Shown here piece by piece: positions 47,025 through 54,509 of a stretch of 64,000 nt of DNA (position 1 is the first letter of the stretch; each line of letters starts with the position of its first letter). Position numbers and translations under genes: made by a program. The stretch is from the NCBI GenBank assembly GCA_002305755.1, contig DBQV01000021.1, forward strand, positions 623-64,622. The letters are read 5' to 3'. The notes beneath the pieces were generated by a model, which did not search any database, was not told where the DNA came from, and worked only from the letters and a program-made list of their open reading frames with translations. The stretch is from Christensenella sp. UBA1385. Lineage in GTDB: Bacteria > Bacillota > Clostridia > Christensenellales > Aristaeellaceae.

Positions 47025-47780
47025 TCACTCGCACTCAGCGGCGCTGACCCAGCGCAGCAGCGCGGCCCGCTCTTCGCCCCTGGCACGGACCGACCGCGCT
47101 GCGGCTACCAGGGGGATCCAGTTCTTCGCGTACCGAGGTTCGCTCCGGCTCTTGTCGCAGAAGAGCGTAAGGTAACGGTCCGCCGTCTCGGGGCTGTCAC
47201 CGTGATAAAGAAGCAGATAGGTGAGCGCCACATCCGCCGAACCGTCGCCCTGCGTGGCGTGCGCCCAGTCCATGACATAGGGTGTGTCGTCCGCCGCGAT
47301 GATGATGTTGCTGGGATGAAAATCCCCGTGGCACAGCTGGTTATGCACGGGCATGCTCATCAGCTGCGCGTGCAGCGCATAGCGTGTGGTAGCGTCCAGC
47401 TCGGCCTTGACGATCTTGCGGGCCAGGCTGTCCCGCAGCCGGTTGAGCAAGGGGGCCGTGCGCGACTGCATATCGATCTGCAGATCGACGAAACGCTCCA
47501 GGTACCCGTCTCTCCTATCCGGGTCCTCCTTCATCAGGCGGGAAATCGTCTTTCCCTCGATGTAGTCGGATATGATAGCCCATTTGCCATCCACCCTCAA
47601 CACTTCCCTGATTCTTGGGATGTTGAGGCCGGTCTCTTCCACGCGCGCCTGGTTAAGCGCTTCATTAAGCACATCCGCCTTGGAGTAATCCTCTCCGAAC
47701 ACCTTGATACAGGCATCGCCATCTCGGTAAACTGTCTTGCTGTTTCGCACGGCGATCACTTTGTCCAGCTTCACATTCAT
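47025..47780 (-). CDS. Protein-kinase-like fold phosphotransferase (APH/choline kinase family)
   Basis: Catalytic loop LCHGDFHPSNIII (H-x-D-x4-N), metal-binding D in YVMDWAHAT, N-lobe Lys in ACIKVF. The start is uncertain (ATG 47780 preferred, ATG 47813 possible). It ends 10 nt before the first ferredoxin gene. Confidence 0.7.
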   Translation of the reverse strand: MNVKLDKVIAVRNSKTVYRDGDACIKVFGEDYSKADVLNEALNQARVEETGLNIPRIREVLRVDGKWAIISDYIEGKTISRLMKEDPDRRDGYLERFVDLQIDMQSRTAPLLNRLRDSLARKIVKAELDATTRYALHAQLMSMPVHNQLCHGDFHPSNIIIAADDTPYVMDWAHATQGDGSADVALTYLLLYHGDSPETADRYLTLFCDKSRSEPRYAKNWIPLVAAARSVRARGEERAALLRWVSAAECE

Positions 47781-47811
47781 CGCCTCCCTTCCAGATTGCG
47801 CACACGTTTTC

Positions 47812-47840
47812 ATTGTATGATGGCCTGAGACATAATTCAA
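47812..47840 (-). promoter_or_regulatory. Candidate promoter of the kinase-ferredoxin-hydS-PP2C-hydrogenase operon
   Basis: On the minus strand: TTGAAT (47840-47835), 17 nt, TACAAT (47817-47812). It lies just downstream of the clpC terminator. This only holds if the kinase starts at 47780. Confidence 0.45.
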
Positions 47841-47872
47841 GGATCATGGCCTCAAAAGCATAATCCCAACAC

Positions 47873-47910
47873 GACATGCGGCGGCCGGATCACTCCGGCC
47901 GCCGCATGTC
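47873..47910 (-). terminator. Terminator of the ctsR-clpC operon
   Basis: A perfect 17-bp stem GACATGCGGCGGCCGGA-GTGA-TCCGGCCGCCGCATGTC, 15 nt after the clpC stop. The U-tract is weak. Confidence 0.65.
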
Positions 47911-47924
47911 AGTCGTAAACAATA

Positions 47925-50381
47925 TCAGTGATTCATCACGGGTTCCGGTTCCCGGCTCTCTGTGGCCTGTGATTCCGGCTTATCAAAGACAAGTTCGTCT
48001 CCCTCCATCCGGCCCACCAGCCGATCGCCCCGGCTCAGCTTGCCGGCGATCACCTTTTCGCTGAGCGCATCTTCGATTTTGCGCTGGATCACGCGGCGCA
48101 GCGGACGCGCGCCGTACTGCGGGTCGTAGCCTTCCTTGGCCAGCATGTCAAGCGCCGCGGGCTCAAGCTCCAGCACAACGCCAGTGTTCTCCATCAGGCG
48201 TGCCGCGACCTGACCCACCATCATCTCCGTGATCCGCCGGATATCCCGTACGGTCAGCGGATGGAAGACGATCAGCTCATCCACGCGGTTGATGAACTCG
48301 GGCCGGAACATGCGTTTCACCTCGTCCATCACCCGGCGCTGCATCTCGCTGTATTCAAGGGGCTGATCGGCATCGGTTCCAAAGCCCATGGTTTTGCCGC
48401 CCATGATGCGCTGCGCGCCGGCATTGCTGGTCATCACGATGATACAGTTTTTGAAGCTGGTCACGCGCCCCATGTTGTCGGTCAGGCGTCCGTCCTCGAG
48501 AATCTGCAGCAGCATGTTGAATACGTCCGGATGCGCCTTCTCGATCTCATCAAATAGCACCACGCTGTAGGGCTTGCGCCGCACGGCCTCGGTCAGCTGG
48601 CCGCCTTCATCAAAGCCCACGTAGCCGGGAGGCGAGCCGACCATGCGGGAGACAGTATGCTTTTCCATGTACTCGCTCATATCGAGCCGTATCACGGCAT
48701 CCTCATCACCAAACATGGCCTCGCCCAGCGCGCGGCAGAGCTCCGTCTTGCCCACGCCCGTCGGGCCAAGGAAGATGAAGGAACCGATCGGGCGCTTGGG
48801 ATCCTGAAGACCGGCTCTGGAACGCCTGATGGAACGGCTGACGGAGCTGACGGCCTCCTCCTGACCAACCAAACGCTTGTGCAGCGTCTCTTCGAGCTTC
48901 AGGAGCTTTTCGCCCTCGGCCATGGTCATTCTCTGAACAGGCACGCCTGTCCAGCCCGCAACGACCTGCGCCACGTCCTCCTCGCTGACCTCGGGCCGGA
49001 AGTCGGACTGTTCCTTTTTCCAGCGCGCGCGTGCCTCCTCTATCTCGGTGCGCAGCTTTCTTTCCCGATCGCGGTACTGGGCGGCCAATTCATAGTTCTG
49101 CTGCTCAATGGCGTCCAGCTTCTGGTGCTTGACCTCCTCCACGCGCTGCTCCTGTTCGCTCAGGTCCAGCGACTTGGCCACGCGGTGAATGCGTACCCTG
49201 GAAGCGGCCTCATCCATCAGGTCCACCGCCTTGTCCGGCAGGAATCGGTCATTGATGTAACGGGAGGAGAGCTGCACGGCGGCCTCCAGGGCCTCATCCG
49301 TCAGTACCACGTGATGATGATCCTCATAGCGGCTTCGCAGTCCCTTGAGGATGGCCAAAGCCTCCTCGGGGCTGGGCTGCTCTACCATGACCGGCTGGAA
49401 GCGGCGGGAAAGAGCGGCATCCTTCTCAATGTTTTTGCGGTAATCGGCCAGCGTTGTGGCGCCGATGCACTGCAGCTCGCCCCTGGCGAGTGCGGGCTTC
49501 AGGATGCCGGCGGCATCAATGCTGCCCTCCGCCTTGCCGGCGCCGACGATGTTCTGCAGTTCGTCGATGAACAGTATCACGGAGCGATCTTCCCGCAGCT
49601 CGTCGATGATGCCCTTCATCCGTTCTTCAAACTCTCCCCGATACTTGGTGCCCGCGACCAGGCTTCCGATATCCAGAGAGATCAGCTTTTTTTCTCTCAG
49701 CATCTCGGGAATATCGCCGTTCACGATACGCTGGGCAAGCCCTTCCGCCACGGCGCTCTTGCCGACGCCGGGCTCTCCGATCAAAACAGGGTTGTTCTTC
49801 GTACGTCTTGACAGTATCTGTACGATGCGCTCGATCTCTCTCTCCCTGCCGATCACGGGGTCGATCTTGCCCTCAGCGGCCAGCCGGGTCAGATCCCTGC
49901 TGTATTTGGGCAATATCTTCTGTCCGTTTTCTCCCTCGGCCGCGCCTTCTTTTTCCATATGAGCCTCGATCACGCCGGACCTGATGCTGTCCAGGTCGCA
50001 GCCAAGCAGGTTCAGTACGCGCACGGCGGTGGAATCCTCCTGAGACAGCAGCGCCATCCACAGATGAGTGGCGGTGACGGACTGAGAGCCCATGCGCTGA
50101 GACTCATATACGCTGTCCTCCAGCACCTTTCTCATCCTGGCGGAAAGCTCCAGCATCTGAGGCGCCTGCTCATCCTGGGGGATCAGCTGGGCGATGGTGT
50201 ACTGCACAGAAGCCAGCGTCAGGTTTTTGGGAAGGTTCGGCGCGTAATCCCGCGCCTCCTTGACAAGGCCGTAGAGCAGATGCTCTGTGCCAATATGGCG
50301 GTGCCTCAAAGCAATGGCCACGTTACGCGCCGCGTCTACAGAACGCCGGGCGCTTTCATCAAATTTACCGAAAATAGGCAT
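47925..50381 (-). CDS. clpC: ATP-dependent Clp protease ATP-binding subunit ClpC
   Basis: Clp N-domain repeats, two AAA+ modules (GEPGVGKSA, GPTGVGKTE), a middle domain and a sensor-2 region. 818 aa. Confidence 0.95.
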   Translation of the reverse strand: MPIFGKFDESARRSVDAARNVAIALRHRHIGTEHLLYGLVKEARDYAPNLPKNLTLASVQYTIAQLIPQDEQAPQMLELSARMRKVLEDSVYESQRMGSQSVTATHLWMALLSQEDSTAVRVLNLLGCDLDSIRSGVIEAHMEKEGAAEGENGQKILPKYSRDLTRLAAEGKIDPVIGREREIERIVQILSRRTKNNPVLIGEPGVGKSAVAEGLAQRIVNGDIPEMLREKKLISLDIGSLVAGTKYRGEFEERMKGIIDELREDRSVILFIDELQNIVGAGKAEGSIDAAGILKPALARGELQCIGATTLADYRKNIEKDAALSRRFQPVMVEQPSPEEALAILKGLRSRYEDHHHVVLTDEALEAAVQLSSRYINDRFLPDKAVDLMDEAASRVRIHRVAKSLDLSEQEQRVEEVKHQKLDAIEQQNYELAAQYRDRERKLRTEIEEARARWKKEQSDFRPEVSEEDVAQVVAGWTGVPVQRMTMAEGEKLLKLEETLHKRLVGQEEAVSSVSRSIRRSRAGLQDPKRPIGSFIFLGPTGVGKTELCRALGEAMFGDEDAVIRLDMSEYMEKHTVSRMVGSPPGYVGFDEGGQLTEAVRRKPYSVVLFDEIEKAHPDVFNMLLQILEDGRLTDNMGRVTSFKNCIIVMTSNAGAQRIMGGKTMGFGTDADQPLEYSEMQRRVMDEVKRMFRPEFINRVDELIVFHPLTVRDIRRITEMMVGQVAARLMENTGVVLELEPAALDMLAKEGYDPQYGARPLRRVIQRKIEDALSEKVIAGKLSRGDRLVGRMEGDELVFDKPESQATESREPEPVMNH

Positions 50382-51376
50382 TATGTTCCTCCATGCAGCG
50401 CCGATCTGACAACATCGGCGCGGATAAAATGTATCGCGTGTTCATCGAGCACGCCGTCTGTCTTCTGAATCAGCCTGCCGACAGACGTATCGCGCAGCAG
50501 GGCGTCTACCGCGGACAGCTCCACAGGCAGCAGCCCGGCCCGCGCCCCCAGGCGCACCTTGGACCAGTAGGACAGGAATTCGGTCTGCGTAAGCCTTCTG
50601 GCGTACAGCAATATCCCCCACGCCCTGTAGATCTGATCAAGATAAATCGAGCGGGTAGCGTACTTGAGCACCTTTCTTCTCAGGTTATCCTCTTTCTGCG
50701 TAAGTTCCTCCATCTGCTGCAAGGCCGCCTCGATCAGCGATTCGGTACGGCTGTAGGCGGTAAAGCGGCTGCTGAGCAGATAGAGCGCGCCAGGGTTCTT
50801 TTCGTCCCCGGCCACCGCTTCCAGCCAGAAGCGCTTCGTGCCGTTCACCTTCTGCGACAGGCCGCGAATCTGCTGCATCATTGTCAGCATGGGCAAATGA
50901 AGCAGGAAACCTGCCTGCACCCCCGTGCCCGCGTACTGCGGCTTGGCGGTAAGCCAACCGATGCGCTCATCCTTGGCAAAGGGCGCCTGCTCCGCCAGCA
51001 GTGCCGCAATCTCCTTGGCTTCGCCGACGGCAGCTTTGATGTGATCGGGATCGGCCGCCACGCGGATCAGAATGTGATCCTGTTCATGCAGGCAGATCAG
51101 CGCCTTCCGGTCGCTCCTCACCAGCAGCACGGCCGCCGGGTTTTGCAGCCAGCGCCCGTCCACCAGCTCCGTCTCTTCCAGCGCCACCCGGGCTTTCAGG
51201 TCGAGGTCGCGCGCTTCATAGAGAATCCAGGTTTCCTCGCGGCCCTCCAGCACATTGACCACACGCTGTGTCAGCTTCTGCCTGTCCGCCTCCAGCATGG
51301 TACTCTCAAAAGGGTAGGCCGCGTAGTTCCTGCGCAGATCGGCAAAGCAGGTCAAGACGCTGTCATTCATCCGCAT
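50381..51376 (-). CDS. mcsB: Protein arginine kinase McsB (ATP:guanido phosphotransferase family)
   Basis: LRRNYAAYPF, HEQDHILIRV, GTGVQAGFLLHLP. Sits in the conserved ctsR-mcsA-mcsB-clpC order. Confidence 0.8.
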   Translation of the reverse strand: MRMNDSVLTCFADLRRNYAAYPFESTMLEADRQKLTQRVVNVLEGREETWILYEARDLDLKARVALEETELVDGRWLQNPAAVLLVRSDRKALICLHEQDHILIRVAADPDHIKAAVGEAKEIAALLAEQAPFAKDERIGWLTAKPQYAGTGVQAGFLLHLPMLTMMQQIRGLSQKVNGTKRFWLEAVAGDEKNPGALYLLSSRFTAYSRTESLIEAALQQMEELTQKEDNLRRKVLKYATRSIYLDQIYRAWGILLYARRLTQTEFLSYWSKVRLGARAGLLPVELSAVDALLRDTSVGRLIQKTDGVLDEHAIHFIRADVVRSALHGGT

Positions 51377-51896
51377 CCTCCGCCGTGCCTTTCTGTGGCC
51401 GGCTCAGCTCCTTCAGTCGGTCGCGCAGGCTGGCCGCCTGCTCATAGTTCTCTGCCTTCAGCGCCTCGCTGAGCAGCTGCTTCAAGTCGTTCTCCGTCGT
51501 AGGCGCAGGCTCAATACCGATGACCTGAACCGTTTCCGCGCGCTGCTCCTGCCCCTTCAGGTCAGACAGATAGCTGACGACCTGCTCGTGGAAAGCCTGA
51601 TAACACTGCGGGCAGCCGAACACGGTGTCATGGTCAATGTTCTCATAGGCCGTCCGACAGGCCGCGCAGATCATGCGCGGCACATGCAGCTCCTCGCGAG
51701 GGGCATCCGCACTCGCCGCCGCGCCCAGTTCATCCATGCCGGAGAGCGTCATCCCCATCGTGGAAAAAGCCTGAGCCATCTCTTCATGGGCTTTCTTCGC
51801 GCAGTCCATACACAGCGATCTGGTTGCCACCTGTCCGTTGGCTATCATATGCAGCACGAGGGTCGCCTCGTTTTTCTTGCAGCCGTCACATTTCAT
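51363..51896 (-). CDS. mcsA: McsA (zinc-finger and UVR-motif activator of McsB)
   Basis: CDGCKKNE...CMDCA, CAACRTAY...CPQCY, and a C-terminal UVR motif LKAENYEQAASLRDRLKEL. Confidence 0.82.
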   Translation of the reverse strand: MKCDGCKKNEATLVLHMIANGQVATRSLCMDCAKKAHEEMAQAFSTMGMTLSGMDELGAAASADAPREELHVPRMICAACRTAYENIDHDTVFGCPQCYQAFHEQVVSYLSDLKGQEQRAETVQVIGIEPAPTTENDLKQLLSEALKAENYEQAASLRDRLKELSRPQKGTAEDADE

Positions 51897-51909
51897 AAAG
51901 TTCCTCCTG

Positions 51910-52380
51910 TCAGGCCATTGTCTTGCGCGCGGCGTTCAGCAGCATGCTGCGCAGTATCCTTGCCCTCATGTTGTCTTTCATATTCTCGGGAATGGGCACC
52001 GACAGCGCCTGCGGCGTCAACGCTGAATACATCAGCTCCGCCTGGCCGCGCGTCAGCTCGCCCCTCTCCGACAGCTGACGAAGCAGTATTTCCGCCGACT
52101 TCAGGTCGATAGAATCTCCGATTCTCTCGTTTAAGAGATAGTGGATCAGATCCTCAGCCTTCTGTCTCAGACGGATCACCCGGATATATCCGCCGCCGCC
52201 GCGCCGCGACTCAATGATATAGCCATGATCGGGTGTAAAGCGCGTGGACAGCACATAGTTGATCTGAGAAGGCGCGCAGCTGAAATACTCCGCCAGCTCA
52301 TTGCGTTTGAGCTCGATCTCCTGCTCATCCTGCGCCATCATCGTTTTGATGAATTCTTCTATCGTATCGCTTAGCCGCAT
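51910..52380 (-). CDS. ctsR: Class III stress gene repressor CtsR
   Basis: MRLSDTIEEFIKTMM..., APSQINYVLSTRFTPDHGYIIESRRGGGGYIRV. I place the start at ATG 52380 after GGAGGG. Confidence 0.92.
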   Translation of the reverse strand: MRLSDTIEEFIKTMMAQDEQEIELKRNELAEYFSCAPSQINYVLSTRFTPDHGYIIESRRGGGGYIRVIRLRQKAEDLIHYLLNERIGDSIDLKSAEILLRQLSERGELTRGQAELMYSALTPQALSVPIPENMKDNMRARILRSMLLNAARKTMA

Positions 52381-52407
52381 AGACCCTCCAATCACAGCCA
52401 AAGAATA

Positions 52408-52424
52408 TCTGACCTTCTTTGACT
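52408..52424 (-). promoter_or_regulatory. CtsR operator (heptad direct repeat)
   Basis: The minus strand reads AGTCAAA-GAA-GGTCAGA. The CtsR box consensus is (A/G)GTCAAA-NAN-(A/G)GTCAAA. It lies 7 nt downstream of the -10 box. Confidence 0.8.
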
Positions 52425-52430
52425 AAGCGC

Positions 52431-52459
52431 ATTGTAGCATACAATCGCCCGCCGCGCAA
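52431..52459 (-). promoter_or_regulatory. Promoter of ctsR-mcsA-mcsB-clpC
   Basis: On the minus strand: TTGCGC (52459-52454), 17 nt, TGcTACAAT extended -10 (52436-52431). Confidence 0.6.
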
Positions 52460-52560
52460 GCTGTCACGGAGACAAGGGCAATATACCCCGGGATTGTTTA
52501 CAAATACACGCGATACATGTAAGATACAGTAGTAAAACAATAAGGCAAAGGAGGCACTGC

Positions 52561-53649
52561 ATGTCCACTCTTACCTATAAATGCCCCTCCTGTGGCGCTC
52601 CTCTGATCTATCGCGGTGATACCCAGACACTGGATTGCGGCAACTGCGGCAACTCGTTCACGGGTGAAACCGTCCGCCAGGTTGCGGAGATAGACAGCCA
52701 GGAGAGCGGAAGCATCAACTGGGAGATGCAGGGCACCGAATATTCCAAGCAGGAGGCGGACAGGACAAGAACCTTCTCCTGCACATCCTGCGGCGCCCAG
52801 CTGGTCACGGACGAAACGACCGTGGCGACCAACTGTGCCTTCTGCGGCAGCCCGTCCATTATTCCGGCACAGTTTACACCCGGCACCCGCCCGGAAAAGG
52901 TCATTCCCTTCCTGGTCAAAAAAGAGGAGGCCGAAAAAGCGTTCCATCAGTATTTCCGCGGCAAGAAAATGCTGCCGAACGCCTTTTTGAAGGGTAACAA
53001 TCAAATCAGCAAGATCATGCAGCTGTACGTGCCTTACTGGCTGTTCAGCTGCCAGGCAGACGCGGACATCACCTACAACGCCACGCAGGTGCACACCCGC
53101 CGCAGCGGCAGCTATCTGGAGACCATCACGCGGCACTTTCTGGTGCGGCGGGCCGGAACGATCGATTTTCAAGACCTGCCGATCGACGCGCACAGCCGCA
53201 TCGACAACACCATCACCGAGACCCTGGAACCCTACAAAACGGAAGAAGCCATTGCCTTTTCGCCCGAGGTGCTCTCCGGAGCGATGGCGGACAGAGCCGA
53301 TGTCAGCGCGGAAGAATGCAAGCAGAGAGCCGATTCGAGGATCACAGAAACAACGGAAAGCGTCATGCGCCAAACCGTGAGCGGCTACACCTCCGTGACG
53401 CCGCGCAGACAAAGGATCAGCGTGCCTCAGGGAAAATCCGCGCCCGTTCTCTTTCCCCTGTGGCAGATCACGACCATCAAGGACGGCAAGCCCTATACCT
53501 TCGCCATCAACGGGCAGACAGGGAAGCTGACCACCAACATCCCCTACTCCAGGGGCAAGTACTTCGGCTGGGCGCTCGGTATTGCCGGCGCTTCGGCTGT
53601 GCTGGGTTACGTTGCAGTGACCCTGCTTTTGAAAGTGGGAGGCATCTGA
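52561..53649 (+). CDS. Membrane-anchored protein with two N-terminal zinc ribbons (function unknown)
   Basis: CPSCGAPL...CGNCGNSF and CTSCGAQL...CAFCGSP, then a ~230-aa soluble domain, then a C-terminal TM (WALGIAGASAVLGYVAVTLLL). The plus-strand frame is clearly the coding one. The minus ORF 52498-53412 is an artefact. Confidence 0.7.
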   Translation: MSTLTYKCPSCGAPLIYRGDTQTLDCGNCGNSFTGETVRQVAEIDSQESGSINWEMQGTEYSKQEADRTRTFSCTSCGAQLVTDETTVATNCAFCGSPSIIPAQFTPGTRPEKVIPFLVKKEEAEKAFHQYFRGKKMLPNAFLKGNNQISKIMQLYVPYWLFSCQADADITYNATQVHTRRSGSYLETITRHFLVRRAGTIDFQDLPIDAHSRIDNTITETLEPYKTEEAIAFSPEVLSGAMADRADVSAEECKQRADSRITETTESVMRQTVSGYTSVTPRRQRISVPQGKSAPVLFPLWQITTIKDGKPYTFAINGQTGKLTTNIPYSRGKYFGWALGIAGASAVLGYVAVTLLLKVGGI

Positions 53650-53651
53650 TC

Positions 53652-54488
53652 ATGAAAAAAACAGGTTTTGCGGTGCTGCTCATCCTGCTGCTGTCCTTTG
53701 GCGCAGCGCAGGCCCAGTCTTTGTCTCACGTGGCCGATCAGGCCGGCATCTTTGATGCCCAGGAAATCGCCTCGCTGGAAGAAAAAATGCAGGCCATCTA
53801 TGATACCTATGGCTTTGATACCGTCATCGTCACCACCGGAGATTCGCGCGGGCAGTCCGCCCGAATGTTCGCGGCCGACTTTTATGATGAGTTTCACGAC
53901 TACGACACCTTTCCAAACGGTCTGATCTTTTCCTTTAACTTCGATCTGGGAGAATACTATGAGGCCAGCCGCGGCATCGGCATGCAGCTCTTTGCCGACG
54001 AAGGGGGCGAGGCGCTGGACGAGCTGCTCCGCCCTTACCTGGACAGCAGCGATTATTACGGCGCCATGAACGCCTACCTGCATGCGGTGGAACGGAAGCT
54101 GTCGCGTTACAGCACCCCCAATGAAGACGGGACGAGAGCACTCAGCGCCACGCCCCGCCTGCCCACTCTGAGCGAGGCGGCGGAAGACGCCGCCGGCTAC
54201 CTGCCCTTCCTGCTGCTGGGCGGCGCGGGCGTGGGCTTCGTCTCCGCTTCGGTCATGAAGAGCAAGCTGAACATCGCAAAACCTCAGCGCGGCGCATACA
54301 GTTACGCCTCGCCGGATTCGCTCCGCCTGCGCGACAGCAGCGAGATCTACCTGTATCAGACGGTTACGCGCACGAAGATAGAGCAGAACACATCGGGCGG
54401 CAGCCGGGGCGGCGGCGGCTCTTCGGGCGGCGCCCGCTTCAGTTCGAGCGGCGGGCATTCCTACGGCGGACGCGGCGGAAAATTGTAA
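53652..54488 (+). CDS. TPM-domain protein (YgcG/TLP18.3 family) with signal peptide, TM and Gly-rich tail
   Basis: MKKTGFAVLLILLLSFGAAQAQS signal. TPM-like HVADQAGIFDAQEIASLEEKMQAIYDTYGFDTVIVTT. TM LPFLLLGGAGVGFV. Tail GGSRGGGGSSGGARFSSSGGHSYGGRGG. The true start is ATG 53652, 3 nt after the upstream stop. Confidence 0.75.
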   Translation: MKKTGFAVLLILLLSFGAAQAQSLSHVADQAGIFDAQEIASLEEKMQAIYDTYGFDTVIVTTGDSRGQSARMFAADFYDEFHDYDTFPNGLIFSFNFDLGEYYEASRGIGMQLFADEGGEALDELLRPYLDSSDYYGAMNAYLHAVERKLSRYSTPNEDGTRALSATPRLPTLSEAAEDAAGYLPFLLLGGAGVGFVSASVMKSKLNIAKPQRGAYSYASPDSLRLRDSSEIYLYQTVTRTKIEQNTSGGSRGGGGSSGGARFSSSGGHSYGGRGGKL

Positions 54489-54509
54489 GTCAGGCAGCGA
54501 AAGAAACGA

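Noticed and set aside
47873-47910. The perfect 17-bp GC-rich palindrome, considered as a recombination site or mobile-element end
   Set aside because: It is a single copy in the window, lies 15 nt after the clpC stop and has no flanking integrase or transposase. It is most simply the operon terminator.
52498-53412. 304-aa minus-strand ORF starting in the ctsR control region
   Set aside because: It is antisense to the zinc-ribbon membrane protein gene. It has Arg/Gly/Ala-rich composition, no motifs and no SD.
53316-53651. 112-codon N-terminal extension of the TPM-domain ORF, overlapping the upstream gene
   Set aside because: The extension is out of frame with, and fully inside, the clearly coding zinc-ribbon gene. 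The signal peptide begins at ATG 53652, directly after the upstream stop.
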